The notes beneath the pieces were generated by a model. That model saw only the letters and a list, made by a program, of their open reading frames with translations, did no database searches and was not told where the DNA came from. Positions 1 through 9,215 of a DNA stretch of 32,000 bases are shown piece by piece (position 1 is the stretch's first letter; the number at the start of each line of letters is the position of its first letter). Position numbers and translations under genes: made by a program. The stretch comes from an uncultured Opitutales bacterium (GTDB lineage: Bacteria; Verrucomicrobiota; Verrucomicrobiia; Opitutales; Intestinicryptomonadaceae), in contig CAKUIA010000005.1 of assembly GCA_934660865.1 (NCBI GenBank), positions 30,001 through 62,000 on the forward strand, given 5' to 3'.

Positions 1-2256
1 GCGGTTGGCTATTCTTTGGACGAATTAAGAAACGACATTACAAAGGAAACCCCCGCAAGCTTCGAGCCGGCAATAGACTATGTTGTGGCAAAAGTTCCGC
101 GCTTTGCTTTCGAAAAATTTGCGGGCGCCGACAACACCCTTACAAGCTCGATGAAGAGCGTAGGCGAAGTTATGTCGATTGGCCGCAGCTTTAAGGAATG
201 TCTGCAAAAGGCGTTGCGCTCGCTTGAAATAGGCGCGCGCGGCTTGGGCGGCGGCGGCAAATTCGGCGGCCATGAAATTACCGATATGTCGGTTATAAGC
301 AAAGGGCTTGTAAGGCCTACCGCCGAAAGAATTTTCTATATGCGCTACGCCATTTTGGCGGGCATGACAACCGAGCAAATCAGCGACCTTACAAAGATAG
401 ACCCCTGGTTTGTCCGCGAAGTTGAAGGCATTGTGCGCATAGAACAAACATTGGCAAAAGAGGGGCTTTTGGGCCTTGATAAAGACCTGCTGGAAAAAGC
501 GAAAAAGGCGGGCTTTACCGATTTGCAAATCGCCACAATCTGCAATACGAAAATCAGGAACATCAAAAAACTGCGCGAAAATTTCGGCATAAATACGGTA
601 TACCGTTTGGTAGACACCTGCGCCGCCGAATTCGAGGCGTTTACCCCCTACTATTATTCTTCGTACGGGGTCGAAAACGAACTTAAGCCCAGCAATAAAA
701 AGAAGATTATGATTATAGGCGGCGGCCCCAACAGGATAGGCCAGGGCATAGAGTTCGACTACTGTTGCGTGCATGCGTCTTTTGCGCTTAGGGAAGCCGG
801 CTACGAAACGATAATGGTAAACTCGAACCCCGAAACGGTTTCGACCGACTACGACACTTCCGACAAGCTATTCTTCGAACCGCTAACGCTTGAAGACGTG
901 CTTGAAGTTTACAAACAAAACAAGTGCGACGGCGCAATAGTACAATTCGGCGGTCAAACCCCGCTAAACTTGGCGGCCGAATTGCAGGAAAACGGCGTAA
1001 ATATCATAGGCACATCGCCGGAGTCTATAGACGCCGCCGAAGACCGCGAAATTTTCAAACACATAATAGAAAAGTTGCACCTAAGGCAGCCCGTAAACGC
1101 AACGGCAACTACCCCCGAAGAAGCCTACAAGCTTGCGGGGCAGATAGGCTTTCCGATATTGCTTAGGCCCTCGTTCGTATTGGGCGGCAGGGGTATGTTT
1201 ATAGTATACGGCATGGACGACATGAAGAAGGTTATAAGAGACGCCTTCGAAGCCGCCCCCGGCAAGCCCGTATTGCTCGACAAATTCCTTGAAGACGCCA
1301 TAGAGCTTGACGTAGACGCGATTTCCGACGGCGAAACGACCGTTATAGGCGGCATGCTAGAGCACATCGAATACGCGGGCGTACACTCGGGCGACGCGGC
1401 AATGGTGCTGCCCCCGCACACCCTTTCGGAAAACGTGCTAAACGAAGTGCGCAAGGCTACCTACGACTTGGCCAAAGAGCTTAAGGTTGTGGGCCTAATG
1501 AACATTCAGTTTGCAATCAAAAAGGGCGAAGTCTACATTTTGGAGGTAAACCCGAGGGCTTCGAGAACGGTTCCGTTCACGTCGAAGGCCATAGGCGTGC
1601 CGCTGGCCAAGATTGCAGCCCGCGTAATGGCGGGCGAAAAGCTGAAAGACTTGGGCTTTACAAAAGAAGTGAAAATCCCCTACATAGCGGTAAAGGAAAG
1701 CGTATTCCCGTTTGTCCGCTTTAGCGGGGCTACCATTATGCTTAGCCCCGAAATGAGGTCTACGGGCGAAGTTATGGGGCTGGACAAAGACTTGGGAACG
1801 GCCTTTGCAAAGAGCCAGATTGCCGCGCAACCCGGCTTGCCGAGTTCGGGCAACGTATTCTTGTCGGTAAAAGACCACGACAAGGAAATGGCTGTAGAAA
1901 TCGCAAAATCGCTCGACAAACTCGGCTTTAAGATTTTCTCTACGGCGGGCACTGCAAAGCTTTTGGCCGACAACGGCATTCCCGTAACGAGAACATACAA
2001 GCTTAACGAAGGGGCGCGCCCGAACGTTATAGACATGATTAAGAACGACGAAATGTCGCTTATAATCAATACCCCATCGGGTATGTATCCTTTGCTCGAC
2101 GAAAACCTTATAAGGCAGGAGGCCCTCTTAAAGAAGGTTTGCATTATAACCACGATGATGGGCGCCTACGCCGCAATTAAGGGCATAGAGGCTATGCGAA
2201 GCAAAGACCTAAGCGTAAAATCGCTACAAGAATATATGCAACAGTTAAAGAAATAA
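1..2256 (+). CDS. carB: Carbamoyl-phosphate synthase large subunit, 5'-truncated by the window edge (about 750 C-terminal aa)
   Basis: Frame 1 is open from base 1. AVGYSLDELRNDITKETPASFEPAIDYVV is CarB-internal sequence, so the Met at 16 is not the start. Second ATP-grasp half present (KIMIIGGGPNRIGQGIEFDYCC, ILEVNPRASRTVPF), plus the C-terminal MGS-like allosteric domain (VFLSVKDHDK...LIINTP). Confidence 0.95.
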   Translation, partial: AVGYSLDELRNDITKETPASFEPAIDYVVAKVPRFAFEKFAGADNTLTSSMKSVGEVMSIGRSFKECLQKALRSLEIGARGLGGGGKFGGHEITDMSVISKGLVRPTAERIFYMRYAILAGMTTEQISDLTKIDPWFVREVEGIVRIEQTLAKEGLLGLDKDLLEKAKKAGFTDLQIATICNTKIRNIKKLRENFGINTVYRLVDTCAAEFEAFTPYYYSSYGVENELKPSNKKKIMIIGGGPNRIGQGIEFDYCCVHASFALREAGYETIMVNSNPETVSTDYDTSDKLFFEPLTLEDVLEVYKQNKCDGAIVQFGGQTPLNLAAELQENGVNIIGTSPESIDAAEDREIFKHIIEKLHLRQPVNATATTPEEAYKLAGQIGFPILLRPSFVLGGRGMFIVYGMDDMKKVIRDAFEAAPGKPVLLDKFLEDAIELDVDAISDGETTVIGGMLEHIEYAGVHSGDAAMVLPPHTLSENVLNEVRKATYDLAKELKVVGLMNIQFAIKKGEVYILEVNPRASRTVPFTSKAIGVPLAKIAARVMAGEKLKDLGFTKEVKIPYIAVKESVFPFVRFSGATIMLSPEMRSTGEVMGLDKDLGTAFAKSQIAAQPGLPSSGNVFLSVKDHDKEMAVEIAKSLDKLGFKIFSTAGTAKLLADNGIPVTRTYKLNEGARPNVIDMIKNDEMSLIINTPSGMYPLLDENLIRQEALLKKVCIITTMMGAYAAIKGIEAMRSKDLSVKSLQEYMQQLKK

Positions 2257-2260
2257 GACC

Positions 2261-3412
2261 ATGAACGACGCAGTATTGGCATTTGAAGACGGTAGCGTTT
2301 TTAGAGGCAAGGCCTTTGGCGCAAGAAAAACAACTTTGGGCGAAGCCATTTTCAACACATCGGAAATGGGCTATCAGGAATTGCTGACCGACCCGAGCAA
2401 CTACAAGCTTATTCTTACAATGACATTTGTGGAAATAGGCTGCTACGGAATAAACGAGGAAGACGTTGAAAGCGACTCCGTTAAAGTTTCGGGCCTTGTA
2501 GTTGCACAGGAATGCGAAACGCCCAGCAACTGGCGCAGCCAAATGTCGCTCGACGAATATCTTAAAAAGAACGATGTTCCCGGCATTAGCGGCATAGACA
2601 CGCGCGCAATCACAAAAAAGCTTAGGGTTGGCGGCGCGCTAAAGGCGTGTTTGTCTACCGAAGGCATTTCCGACAAAGAGGCCGTAGAGCTTGCCAGAGG
2701 CTGGCAGGGCATTGCGGGCGTAGACTATATCAAGGAAATTACCTGCAAAAAGCCCTATTATTTCGACACCAAAAAAATCAACATCGAGCCTTTCCAGCTC
2801 GGCGGCGTGCACATCAACAAAAAACCGCGCAAGGAAAAGCTGTTTAAGTGCGCGGCCGTAGACTACGGCGCAAAGCTTTCGATTTTAAAAAGCTTGGCCT
2901 ACAGCGGCTTCGACGTAACGGTGTTCCCCGCAACGGCCAGTGCCGAAGAAATTATGGAATTCGGCCCCGAGTGTCTCTTCCTTTCGAACGGCCCCGGAGA
3001 CCCTTCGGTTACAACCTATGCGCACAAAACCGTTGCAAAGCTTATACAGCACTACCCGACTTTCGGCGTATGCTTCGGCCACCAGGTTATAACGCACGCA
3101 ATAGGCGCAAAAACCTACAAGCTTAAGTTCGGCCACCACGGCGGCAACCACCCCGTAAAGAATCTCGACACGGGCAAAATTAACATCACCTCGCAAAACC
3201 ACGGGTTTGCGGCCGACGCAAAGTCAATCGAAAACGCGGGGGCTATTGTAAACGAAATAAACCTAAACGACCATACCGTAGAGGGCTTGCGCCACAAAGA
3301 CCTGCCTTTGTTCTCGGTGCAATACCACCCCGAATCCGCGCCCGGCCCCACAGACGCCTCGTACGTTTTCGACAATTTCTACGACATGGTGAAAAAAACT
3401 CTTGACAAATAG
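2261..3412 (+). CDS. carA: Carbamoyl-phosphate synthase small (glutamine amidotransferase) subunit
   Basis: 383 aa. CarA N-domain (FNTSEMGYQELLTDPSNYKLILTMTF) and class-I GATase region (GVCFGHQV, QYHPES). Starts 4 nt after the carB stop. Confidence 0.95.
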   Translation: MNDAVLAFEDGSVFRGKAFGARKTTLGEAIFNTSEMGYQELLTDPSNYKLILTMTFVEIGCYGINEEDVESDSVKVSGLVVAQECETPSNWRSQMSLDEYLKKNDVPGISGIDTRAITKKLRVGGALKACLSTEGISDKEAVELARGWQGIAGVDYIKEITCKKPYYFDTKKINIEPFQLGGVHINKKPRKEKLFKCAAVDYGAKLSILKSLAYSGFDVTVFPATASAEEIMEFGPECLFLSNGPGDPSVTTYAHKTVAKLIQHYPTFGVCFGHQVITHAIGAKTYKLKFGHHGGNHPVKNLDTGKINITSQNHGFAADAKSIENAGAIVNEINLNDHTVEGLRHKDLPLFSVQYHPESAPGPTDASYVFDNFYDMVKKTLDK

Positions 3413-3443
3413 CAAAAAAAGTAAATTTCTTTGTAAATACAAA

Positions 3444-3521
3444 ATGAAAATCGCGTTTACAAACAACAACTGGTGGCGTTGGTCGGCTAAAATATTAGGC
3501 GGCTGGCTATCCTATTGTTAA
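3444..3521 (+). CDS. trpL: trp operon leader peptide (25 aa, MKIAFTNNNWWRWSAKILGGWLSYC)
   Basis: Hand-translated short ORF, too short for the ORF track. It has 4 Trp codons in 25, three of them in WWRW at 3471-3482. It lies in the 254-nt carA-trpB gap, directly upstream of a terminator/antiterminator pair and of trpB. Confidence 0.8.
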   Translation: MKIAFTNNNWWRWSAKILGGWLSYC

Positions 3522-3582
3522 AACGCACGGCGTTTGGGTTTACAAAAAATAGAACCGAAAAAAGAGGATAAGGCTAACCGCC
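3498..3582 (+). promoter_or_regulatory. Candidate antiterminator of the trp attenuator (3498-3512 pairs with 3566-3582)
   Basis: Hand pairing of GGCGGCTGGCTATCC with GGATAAGGCTAACCGCC gives 12 Watson-Crick and 2 G.U pairs, one mismatch and one 2-nt bulge. The 3' arm overlaps the left arm of the terminator. The 5' arm lies inside the last codons of the leader ORF. Confidence 0.6.
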
Positions 3583-3598
3583 CTATCCTCTTTTTTTT
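3561..3598 (+). terminator. Rho-independent terminator (trp attenuator)
   Basis: Stem GAGGATA(A)GG 3564-3573 pairs with CCTATCCTC 3582-3590 (9 bp with one bulged A). An 8-T run follows at 3591-3598 and an A-run precedes it. It sits about 70 nt upstream of the trpB ATG. Confidence 0.85.
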
Positions 3599-3666
3599 CG
3601 CAACAAACACATTCCTAAAAAATTTAAAAAGCACACAAAAATTTAAAACAAAAAAGGCACAACAAA

Positions 3667-4857
3667 ATGGACAGCAACTACAAGGTAGACAACAACGGTT
3701 ATTACGGCGAATTCGGCGGAGCGTACATTCCCGAAATTTTGCGCAAAAATGTGGAGCAACTGCAAGAGGCATTCTTTTCGGCAATGAAAGACCAAAGCTT
3801 TTTGGACGAATTTTACGCCCTTTTGCGCGACTATGTGGGAAGGCCCAGCCCCCTTTATTTCGCAAAGAAGCTCAGCGAAAAATACGGGGCCAAAATATAC
3901 CTGAAAAGGGAGGACTTAAACCACACCGGCTCGCACAAAATAAACAACGCCATAGGCCAAATTTTGCTGGCAAAAAGAATGGGCAAAACCAGAATTTTGG
4001 CCGAAACGGGCGCGGGCCAGCACGGGGTTGCCACGGCAACCGCCTGCGCGCTTATGGGGCTAGACTGCACCGTATTTATGGGCGAAACCGACATTAAACG
4101 CCAAAAGGCAAATGTCGAAAAAATGCAAATGCTGGGGGCTAAAGTATACTCGGTTACAAGCGGCAACAAAACCCTTAAAGACGCAACAAACGAGGCAATA
4201 AGATACTGGTGCTGCAACCCCGACACCTACTACCTTATAGGCTCGGTTGTAGGCCCGCACCCCTATCCCGAACTTGTAGCGAAGTTCCAGTCGGTTATAA
4301 GCGAAGAGATAAAAAAGCAGCTTCTCGAAAAAGAGGGGCGCGACTACCCCGACTATGTAATAGCCTGCGTTGGCGGCGGCAGCAACGCGGCGGGCGCTTT
4401 CTACAACTTTTTGGACAACCCAAAAGTTAAGCTTATAGCGGCCGAAGCGGGCGGCATGGGCGTACAAACAGGCAAAAGCGCCGCCACTTTGGCCCTGGGC
4501 AGCCTGGGCGTTTTGCACGGCTCTAAAAGCATTGTAATTCAGGACAAAAACGGCCAGGTAATAGAGCCCTATTCGATTTCGGCCGGGCTGGACTACCCAG
4601 GCATTGGCCCGCTTCACGCATATTTGGCAAAGGAAAAGAAAATGACGCCCTGCGCCGTAAACGACGACGAAGCCCTGCAGGCCGCCTATTTGGCGACGCT
4701 AAAAGAGGGCATTATTCCCGCGCTGGAATCGGCGCATGCCCTTGCAATGCTCGAAAAGATTGCCTTTAAGCCGACCGACATTGTGGTTGTAAACGTATCG
4801 GGCCGCGGCGACAAGGATATGCCGACATACTTGGCAAACAGAAAGGTTGTTAAATAA
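3667..4857 (+). CDS. trpB: Tryptophan synthase beta chain (TrpB1 type)
   Basis: 396 aa. [13 protein letters not shown]-lysine motif [29 protein letters not shown]. Confidence 0.95.
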   Translation: MDSNYKVDNNGYYGEFGGAYIPEILRKNVEQLQEAFFSAMKDQSFLDEFYALLRDYVGRPSPLYFAKKLSEKYGAKIYLKREDLNHTGSHKINNAIGQILLAKRMGKTRILAETGAGQHGVATATACALMGLDCTVFMGETDIKRQKANVEKMQMLGAKVYSVTSGNKTLKDATNEAIRYWCCNPDTYYLIGSVVGPHPYPELVAKFQSVISEEIKKQLLEKEGRDYPDYVIACVGGGSNAAGAFYNFLDNPKVKLIAAEAGGMGVQTGKSAATLALGSLGVLHGSKSIVIQDKNGQVIEPYSISAGLDYPGIGPLHAYLAKEKKMTPCAVNDDEALQAAYLATLKEGIIPALESAHALAMLEKIAFKPTDIVVVNVSGRGDKDMPTYLANRKVVK

Positions 4858-4858
4858 A

Positions 4859-6256
4859 ATGGTTAAACTTACCCAAATTGTACGCAAAGTTGCAGGCGAC
4901 TTGCAAACGCCCGTAGGCCTCTACCTAAAAATAAGGGATATAGGCGAAAAGTCGGCGCTGCTGGAAAGCTCGGATTTTCACACCCAAAACAACAGCTATT
5001 CTTTTGTGTGCGCAAAGCCCATAGGCCATTTTAAGCTGGACAAAAACGTGTGCGAAACGGCGTATCCGAACGGCGAAACCGTACGCGAAACCGTGCAGAG
5101 CCATTCTTCTGCAATATCGCTGCTAAAAAAATATTTGGCGAACTACCGGTTCGAAGGCGGCAACCCCCTGCCATCGAACGGGTTTTTCGGCTACACTTCG
5201 TACGACTGCGCCGAGCATTTCGACGCCGTAAAATTCGCCAAGCGCGCCCCCAACGAAAAGGACGCCCCCGAAATGTACTATGTGCTATACCGCTTTACGG
5301 TTTCGCTAAACCATTTCAATAACGAGCTTGTTGTCGTCGAAAACCTGCCCGAGGGCGAAAGCTCGCAAATGGACGAATTTTTGGCCGTAATACACAACAA
5401 CAGTTTTGCCGAATATTCGTTTGAAAGGGTGGGCGCCCCCAACTACGAAACTTCGGGCGAAAAGTTTATGCAAAACGTAGCCGAGGCCATAAAGAGGATA
5501 AAGCTCGGCGACATTTTCCAGATTGTGATTTCGCGCGGGTTTAACACCCGTTTTAAGGGCGACGACTTTAAGGTATACCGCGCCTTGCGCCGCATAAACC
5601 CTTCGCCGTACCTCTTCTATTTCGATTTCGGCGGCTTTAGAATTTTCGGGTCTTCGCCCGAAACGCACTTAAAGATTGTGGGCGACACCGCAAGCATAGA
5701 CCCCATTGCGGGCACGTTCAAAAGAACGGGCAACGACGAAAAAGACTCGCTTTTGGCCGCGGCCCTTTTGAAAGACCCGAAGGAAAATTCCGAGCACACA
5801 ATGCTTGTAGATTTGGCGCGAAACGACCTTTCGAGAAGCTGCCTGCACACAAAGGTTGAATTTTTAAAGCAAATTCAATACTACTCGCACCTGATACACA
5901 TGGTTTCGAGAGTGTCGGCAAAAGTGCCCAGCCCCGACAAAAAGCTAGACGTTCTCGCCGACGCATTCCCAGCCGGCACGCTAAGCGGCGCTCCGAAAAT
6001 AAAGGCCATGCAAATTATAGACGAGCTTGAAAGCGACAGGCGTTCGGTATACGGCGGCTGCATAGGCTTTATAGGCTTTAACGGCGACTTAAACCAGGCA
6101 ATAACCATAAGGACATTCTTCAGCAAAAACAACACCCTGTACTTCAAGGCGGGGGCCGGCATTGTTGTAGACAGCAAGCCCGAAAACGAATTGCAGGAAA
6201 TAAACAACAAACTCGGCGCTTTAATGGCGGCGCTCGACAAGGCCTCGGAGGAATAG
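4859..6256 (+). CDS. trpE: Anthranilate synthase component I
   Basis: TrpE/chorismate-binding family (LLESSD, NPSPYLFYFDF, GTLSGAPKIKAMQII, YGGCIGFIGFNGD). The track start at 4847 is a TTG overlapping trpB. I prefer the ATG at 4859, 1 nt after the trpB stop. Confidence 0.9.
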   Translation: MVKLTQIVRKVAGDLQTPVGLYLKIRDIGEKSALLESSDFHTQNNSYSFVCAKPIGHFKLDKNVCETAYPNGETVRETVQSHSSAISLLKKYLANYRFEGGNPLPSNGFFGYTSYDCAEHFDAVKFAKRAPNEKDAPEMYYVLYRFTVSLNHFNNELVVVENLPEGESSQMDEFLAVIHNNSFAEYSFERVGAPNYETSGEKFMQNVAEAIKRIKLGDIFQIVISRGFNTRFKGDDFKVYRALRRINPSPYLFYFDFGGFRIFGSSPETHLKIVGDTASIDPIAGTFKRTGNDEKDSLLAAALLKDPKENSEHTMLVDLARNDLSRSCLHTKVEFLKQIQYYSHLIHMVSRVSAKVPSPDKKLDVLADAFPAGTLSGAPKIKAMQIIDELESDRRSVYGGCIGFIGFNGDLNQAITIRTFFSKNNTLYFKAGAGIVVDSKPENELQEINNKLGALMAALDKASEE

Positions 6257-6260
6257 CAAA

Positions 6261-6827
6261 ATGAAAACCCTTTTGTTCGACAATTACGACTCTTTTACAT
6301 ACAACATTGCAAACGCCCTTAGGGAGCTTGGCATAGAAAACCTAAGCGTTGCGCGAAACGACAAAATATCGGTCGAAGAAATGAGAAAGTTCGACAAGAT
6401 AATATTTTCGCCCGGGCCGGGCATTCCCAAAGACGCGGGCGTTATGGAAAGCGCAATAAAAGAGCTTGCCTCCGAAAAAACGATATTGGGCGTATGCTTG
6501 GGCCACCAGGCAATAGGCGAAGTTTTCGGCGCAAAGCTGGAAAACCTAAGCCGCCCCTTCCATGCGGTGCAGTCGCAAATGAAAATCGTAAAAACAACCC
6601 CCCTGTTTAACGGCCTAAGCGACGGATTTTTGGCGGGGCGCTACCACTCGTGGGTGGTATCCAAAGAAAATTTCCCCGACTGTCTGGAAATTAGCGCGGT
6701 AGAGGAAAACGGCCAAATTATGGCGCTGCGCCACAAACAATACAATGTGTTCGGGCTGCAATTCCACCCCGAATCCATACTTACCCCCGAAGGGGCCAAA
6801 ATATTGGACAACTTTTTAAAGCTCTAA
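6261..6827 (+). CDS. trpG: Anthranilate synthase component II (glutamine amidotransferase)
   Basis: 188 aa class-I GATase (FDNYDSFTYN, GVCLGHQAIG, LQFHPESILT). Confidence 0.92.
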   Translation: MKTLLFDNYDSFTYNIANALRELGIENLSVARNDKISVEEMRKFDKIIFSPGPGIPKDAGVMESAIKELASEKTILGVCLGHQAIGEVFGAKLENLSRPFHAVQSQMKIVKTTPLFNGLSDGFLAGRYHSWVVSKENFPDCLEISAVEENGQIMALRHKQYNVFGLQFHPESILTPEGAKILDNFLKL

Positions 6828-6831
6828 AAAA

Positions 6832-7827
6832 ATGAAGGCTATTTTAACAAAACTTTTTTCGGGCAAAACGCTAAGCTTCGACGAGGCAAAAAACGTAATG
6901 CTGGGCGTTTCCACCCACGGCTATAACAACGCGCAGCTGGCGGCGTTTATGTCGGTTTTCCTTATGCGCGCCATTGCCCCGCAAGAGCTTTCGGGCTTTT
7001 CGGCGGCAATACGCGAAACGCAAACCAAGCTTAACATAAACGCCGACAACGCGGTAGACATTGTGGGCACGGGCGGCGACGGCAAAGACACATTCAATAT
7101 CTCTACCCTTTCGTGCTTCGTTTTGGCGGGAGCCTCCTACAAGGTTGTAAAGCACGGCAACTACGGCGCAAGCTCGGCAAGCGGCGCCTCGAATGCGCTG
7201 GAAAACTGCGGGGCAAAATTCACAAACAACCCCGACATTCTGCAGCGCTCTTTGGACGAATCGAATATGCTTTATATGCACGCGCCCCTTTTCAATTCGG
7301 CGTTAAAGGTTGTAGCCCCCGCAAGAAAGGAGCTGGGAGTAAGAACGTTCTTTAACCTGTTGGGCCCCCTGCTAAACCCGCTTAAGCCAAAAAATATGCT
7401 GCTTGGCGTATACAGCCTAAAGCTTGTAAGGCTGTATAAATACATACTCGAAAACACGGTTGACAACTACGCCATTGTGCATTCGCTAGACGGCTACGAC
7501 GAAATTTCGCTTACGGGCAAATTCAAAATTGCGTCGTCTAAAAACGAGGGGGTTTTCGCCCCCGAAGACCTTGGGCTGCCGCGCTGCAAACAAAGCGATT
7601 TGGGCTGCCAAAGCAACGCGCAAATTGCCAAGGAAATTTTTATAGACGTTTTAAACTGCAACGCAACGCCGCAGCAGGAAAACTGTGTTTTGGCAAATTC
7701 GGCGGCAGCAATAGGCATACTCGAAAAAGGCAAAAGCTTTGCGGAATGCCTTGAAATTGCGCGCGAAAGCCTGCGCGGCAAAAAGGCGCTGGCGTGCTTT
7801 AAAAAATATTTGGAGATAAACAAATGA
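6832..7827 (+). CDS. trpD: Anthranilate phosphoribosyltransferase
   Basis: 331 aa. DIVGTGGDGKDTFNIST and KHGNYGASSASG motifs typical of TrpD. Confidence 0.92.
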   Translation: MKAILTKLFSGKTLSFDEAKNVMLGVSTHGYNNAQLAAFMSVFLMRAIAPQELSGFSAAIRETQTKLNINADNAVDIVGTGGDGKDTFNISTLSCFVLAGASYKVVKHGNYGASSASGASNALENCGAKFTNNPDILQRSLDESNMLYMHAPLFNSALKVVAPARKELGVRTFFNLLGPLLNPLKPKNMLLGVYSLKLVRLYKYILENTVDNYAIVHSLDGYDEISLTGKFKIASSKNEGVFAPEDLGLPRCKQSDLGCQSNAQIAKEIFIDVLNCNATPQQENCVLANSAAAIGILEKGKSFAECLEIARESLRGKKALACFKKYLEINK

Positions 7828-8597
7828 ACATTCTCGAAACGATTTTGGAAAACAAAAAAGCCGAAGTTGCAGCCGACAAAAAAAGAGTGGCAATTTCCGA
7901 CTTTAACGGCTTTGAATATTTTTCGAGAAAGTGCATTTCGCCGAAGGCAGCGTTTTTAAAAAACAAAACCTCTCTTATTTGCGAATTTAAGCGCAAGTCG
8001 CCCTCAAAGGGCGACATTGCCCCGAACGCCTCTCCCGAAACGCAGATTCCGCAATATATAAAAGGCGGGGCCGCCGCCCTTTCGGTGCTTACCGACAACA
8101 AGTTTTTCGGCGGCTCGGCCAACGACCTGCTTTGCGCCAGAAAGCTTGCAAACATTCCCGTTTTGCGCAAAGACTTTGTTGTAGACGAATACCAAATATA
8201 CCAGGCAAAGGCTTTGGGCGCCGACTTTGTTTTGCTGATAGCGGCCGCCCTAGGCAAAACGCAGTGCAAAGACTACGCCGACATTGCCCACGGCTTGGGC
8301 ATGGAGGTTTTAACCGAATTGCACGATGTTTTAGAGCTTGAAAAGCTGCCCGACTCTTCGGATTTGGCGGGCGTAAACAACCGCAACCTGGCAAACTTTA
8401 AGTGCTCGTTTCAAAGCGCAAAAGATTTGGCAAAGCTTATAGGCAAAAACTTTGTAAAGGTTGCCGAAAGCTCGATAAAAACGCCCGAAGACGTGCGCGA
8501 ATTAAAGAGCATGGGCTTTTCGGCATTTCTCATAGGCGAAAGCCTTATGCGCAGCGGCAATCCAGCGGCAACAATCCAGGAATTTTTAAAGGAATGA
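7824..8597 (+). CDS. trpC: Indole-3-glycerol-phosphate synthase
   Basis: 257 aa. ICEFKRKSPSKG, LSVLTD..FFGGS, LRKDF motifs. ATGA overlap with the trpD stop. Confidence 0.92.
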   Translation: MNILETILENKKAEVAADKKRVAISDFNGFEYFSRKCISPKAAFLKNKTSLICEFKRKSPSKGDIAPNASPETQIPQYIKGGAAALSVLTDNKFFGGSANDLLCARKLANIPVLRKDFVVDEYQIYQAKALGADFVLLIAAALGKTQCKDYADIAHGLGMEVLTELHDVLELEKLPDSSDLAGVNNRNLANFKCSFQSAKDLAKLIGKNFVKVAESSIKTPEDVRELKSMGFSAFLIGESLMRSGNPAATIQEFLKE

Positions 8598-9211
8598 AAA
8601 TAAAAGTTTGCGGATTAAAAGACGCCGAAAACGCGACAAATGTTGCAAAGCTAAATGCGGATATGCTGGGCTTTATCTTCTACGAAAAGTCGCCCCGCAA
8701 CGCGTTCGGCATTAAGGCAAGTTTTATAAAAAGCCTAAATGCCGCGCAAAAGGTTGCCGTTTTTGTAGACGAATCCATCGAAAATATCCGCAAAATATGC
8801 GCCGAAAGAGACATTAAAATAGTGCAGCTTCACGGCGGCGAAAGCCCCGAATTTTGCAAAGAGGCAAAGGCTCTGGGCTTTGTTGTAATAAAGGCCTTTC
8901 AAATTTACGACAAAGGCGATTTCGAAAAAATTGCCGACTACGCTTCGGTTTGCGACTATGCGTTGCTCGACACCAAGTGCGACACCTACGGCGGCAGCGG
9001 CAAAAAATTCAACTGGGGATTGCTTGGAACATACCGATGGCAACTGCCCTTTATTTTAAGCGGCGGCATTTGCGAAGACGACGCCGAAGATATTTTGAGC
9101 ATAAAAAACAAAATGTTTTGCGGGGTAGATTTAAACAGCCGCTTTGAAAACGGACAAATGCTAAAAGACTGCAACAAACTTAAAAACTTTATGGAAAAAA
9201 TTAGAGGATAA
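8594..9211 (+). CDS. trpF: Phosphoribosylanthranilate isomerase
   Basis: MKIKVCGLKDAENA... is the typical TrpF N-terminus. The track ORF from 8402 is an out-of-context K/R-rich extension inside trpC. The ATG at 8594 overlaps the trpC stop (ATGA). Confidence 0.9.
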   Translation: MKIKVCGLKDAENATNVAKLNADMLGFIFYEKSPRNAFGIKASFIKSLNAAQKVAVFVDESIENIRKICAERDIKIVQLHGGESPEFCKEAKALGFVVIKAFQIYDKGDFEKIADYASVCDYALLDTKCDTYGGSGKKFNWGLLGTYRWQLPFILSGGICEDDAEDILSIKNKMFCGVDLNSRFENGQMLKDCNKLKNFMEKIRG

Positions 9212-9215
9212 AAAA

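Noticed and set aside
3402-3407. A TTGACA hexamer at the end of carA, considered as the -35 box of a trpL promoter.
   Set aside because: No acceptable -10 hexamer lies 16-18 nt downstream (ATTTCT/TTTCTT). The trp leader may instead be transcribed by read-through from carBA or from a promoter I cannot recognise.
3534-4097. A 187-aa K/R/Q-rich ORF spanning the trp attenuator and the start of trpB. A 115-aa minus-strand ORF lies at 3518-3865.
   Set aside because: Both are out of frame with trpB, have a highly basic low-complexity composition and run straight through the terminator hairpin. They are artefacts of A-rich intergenic sequence.
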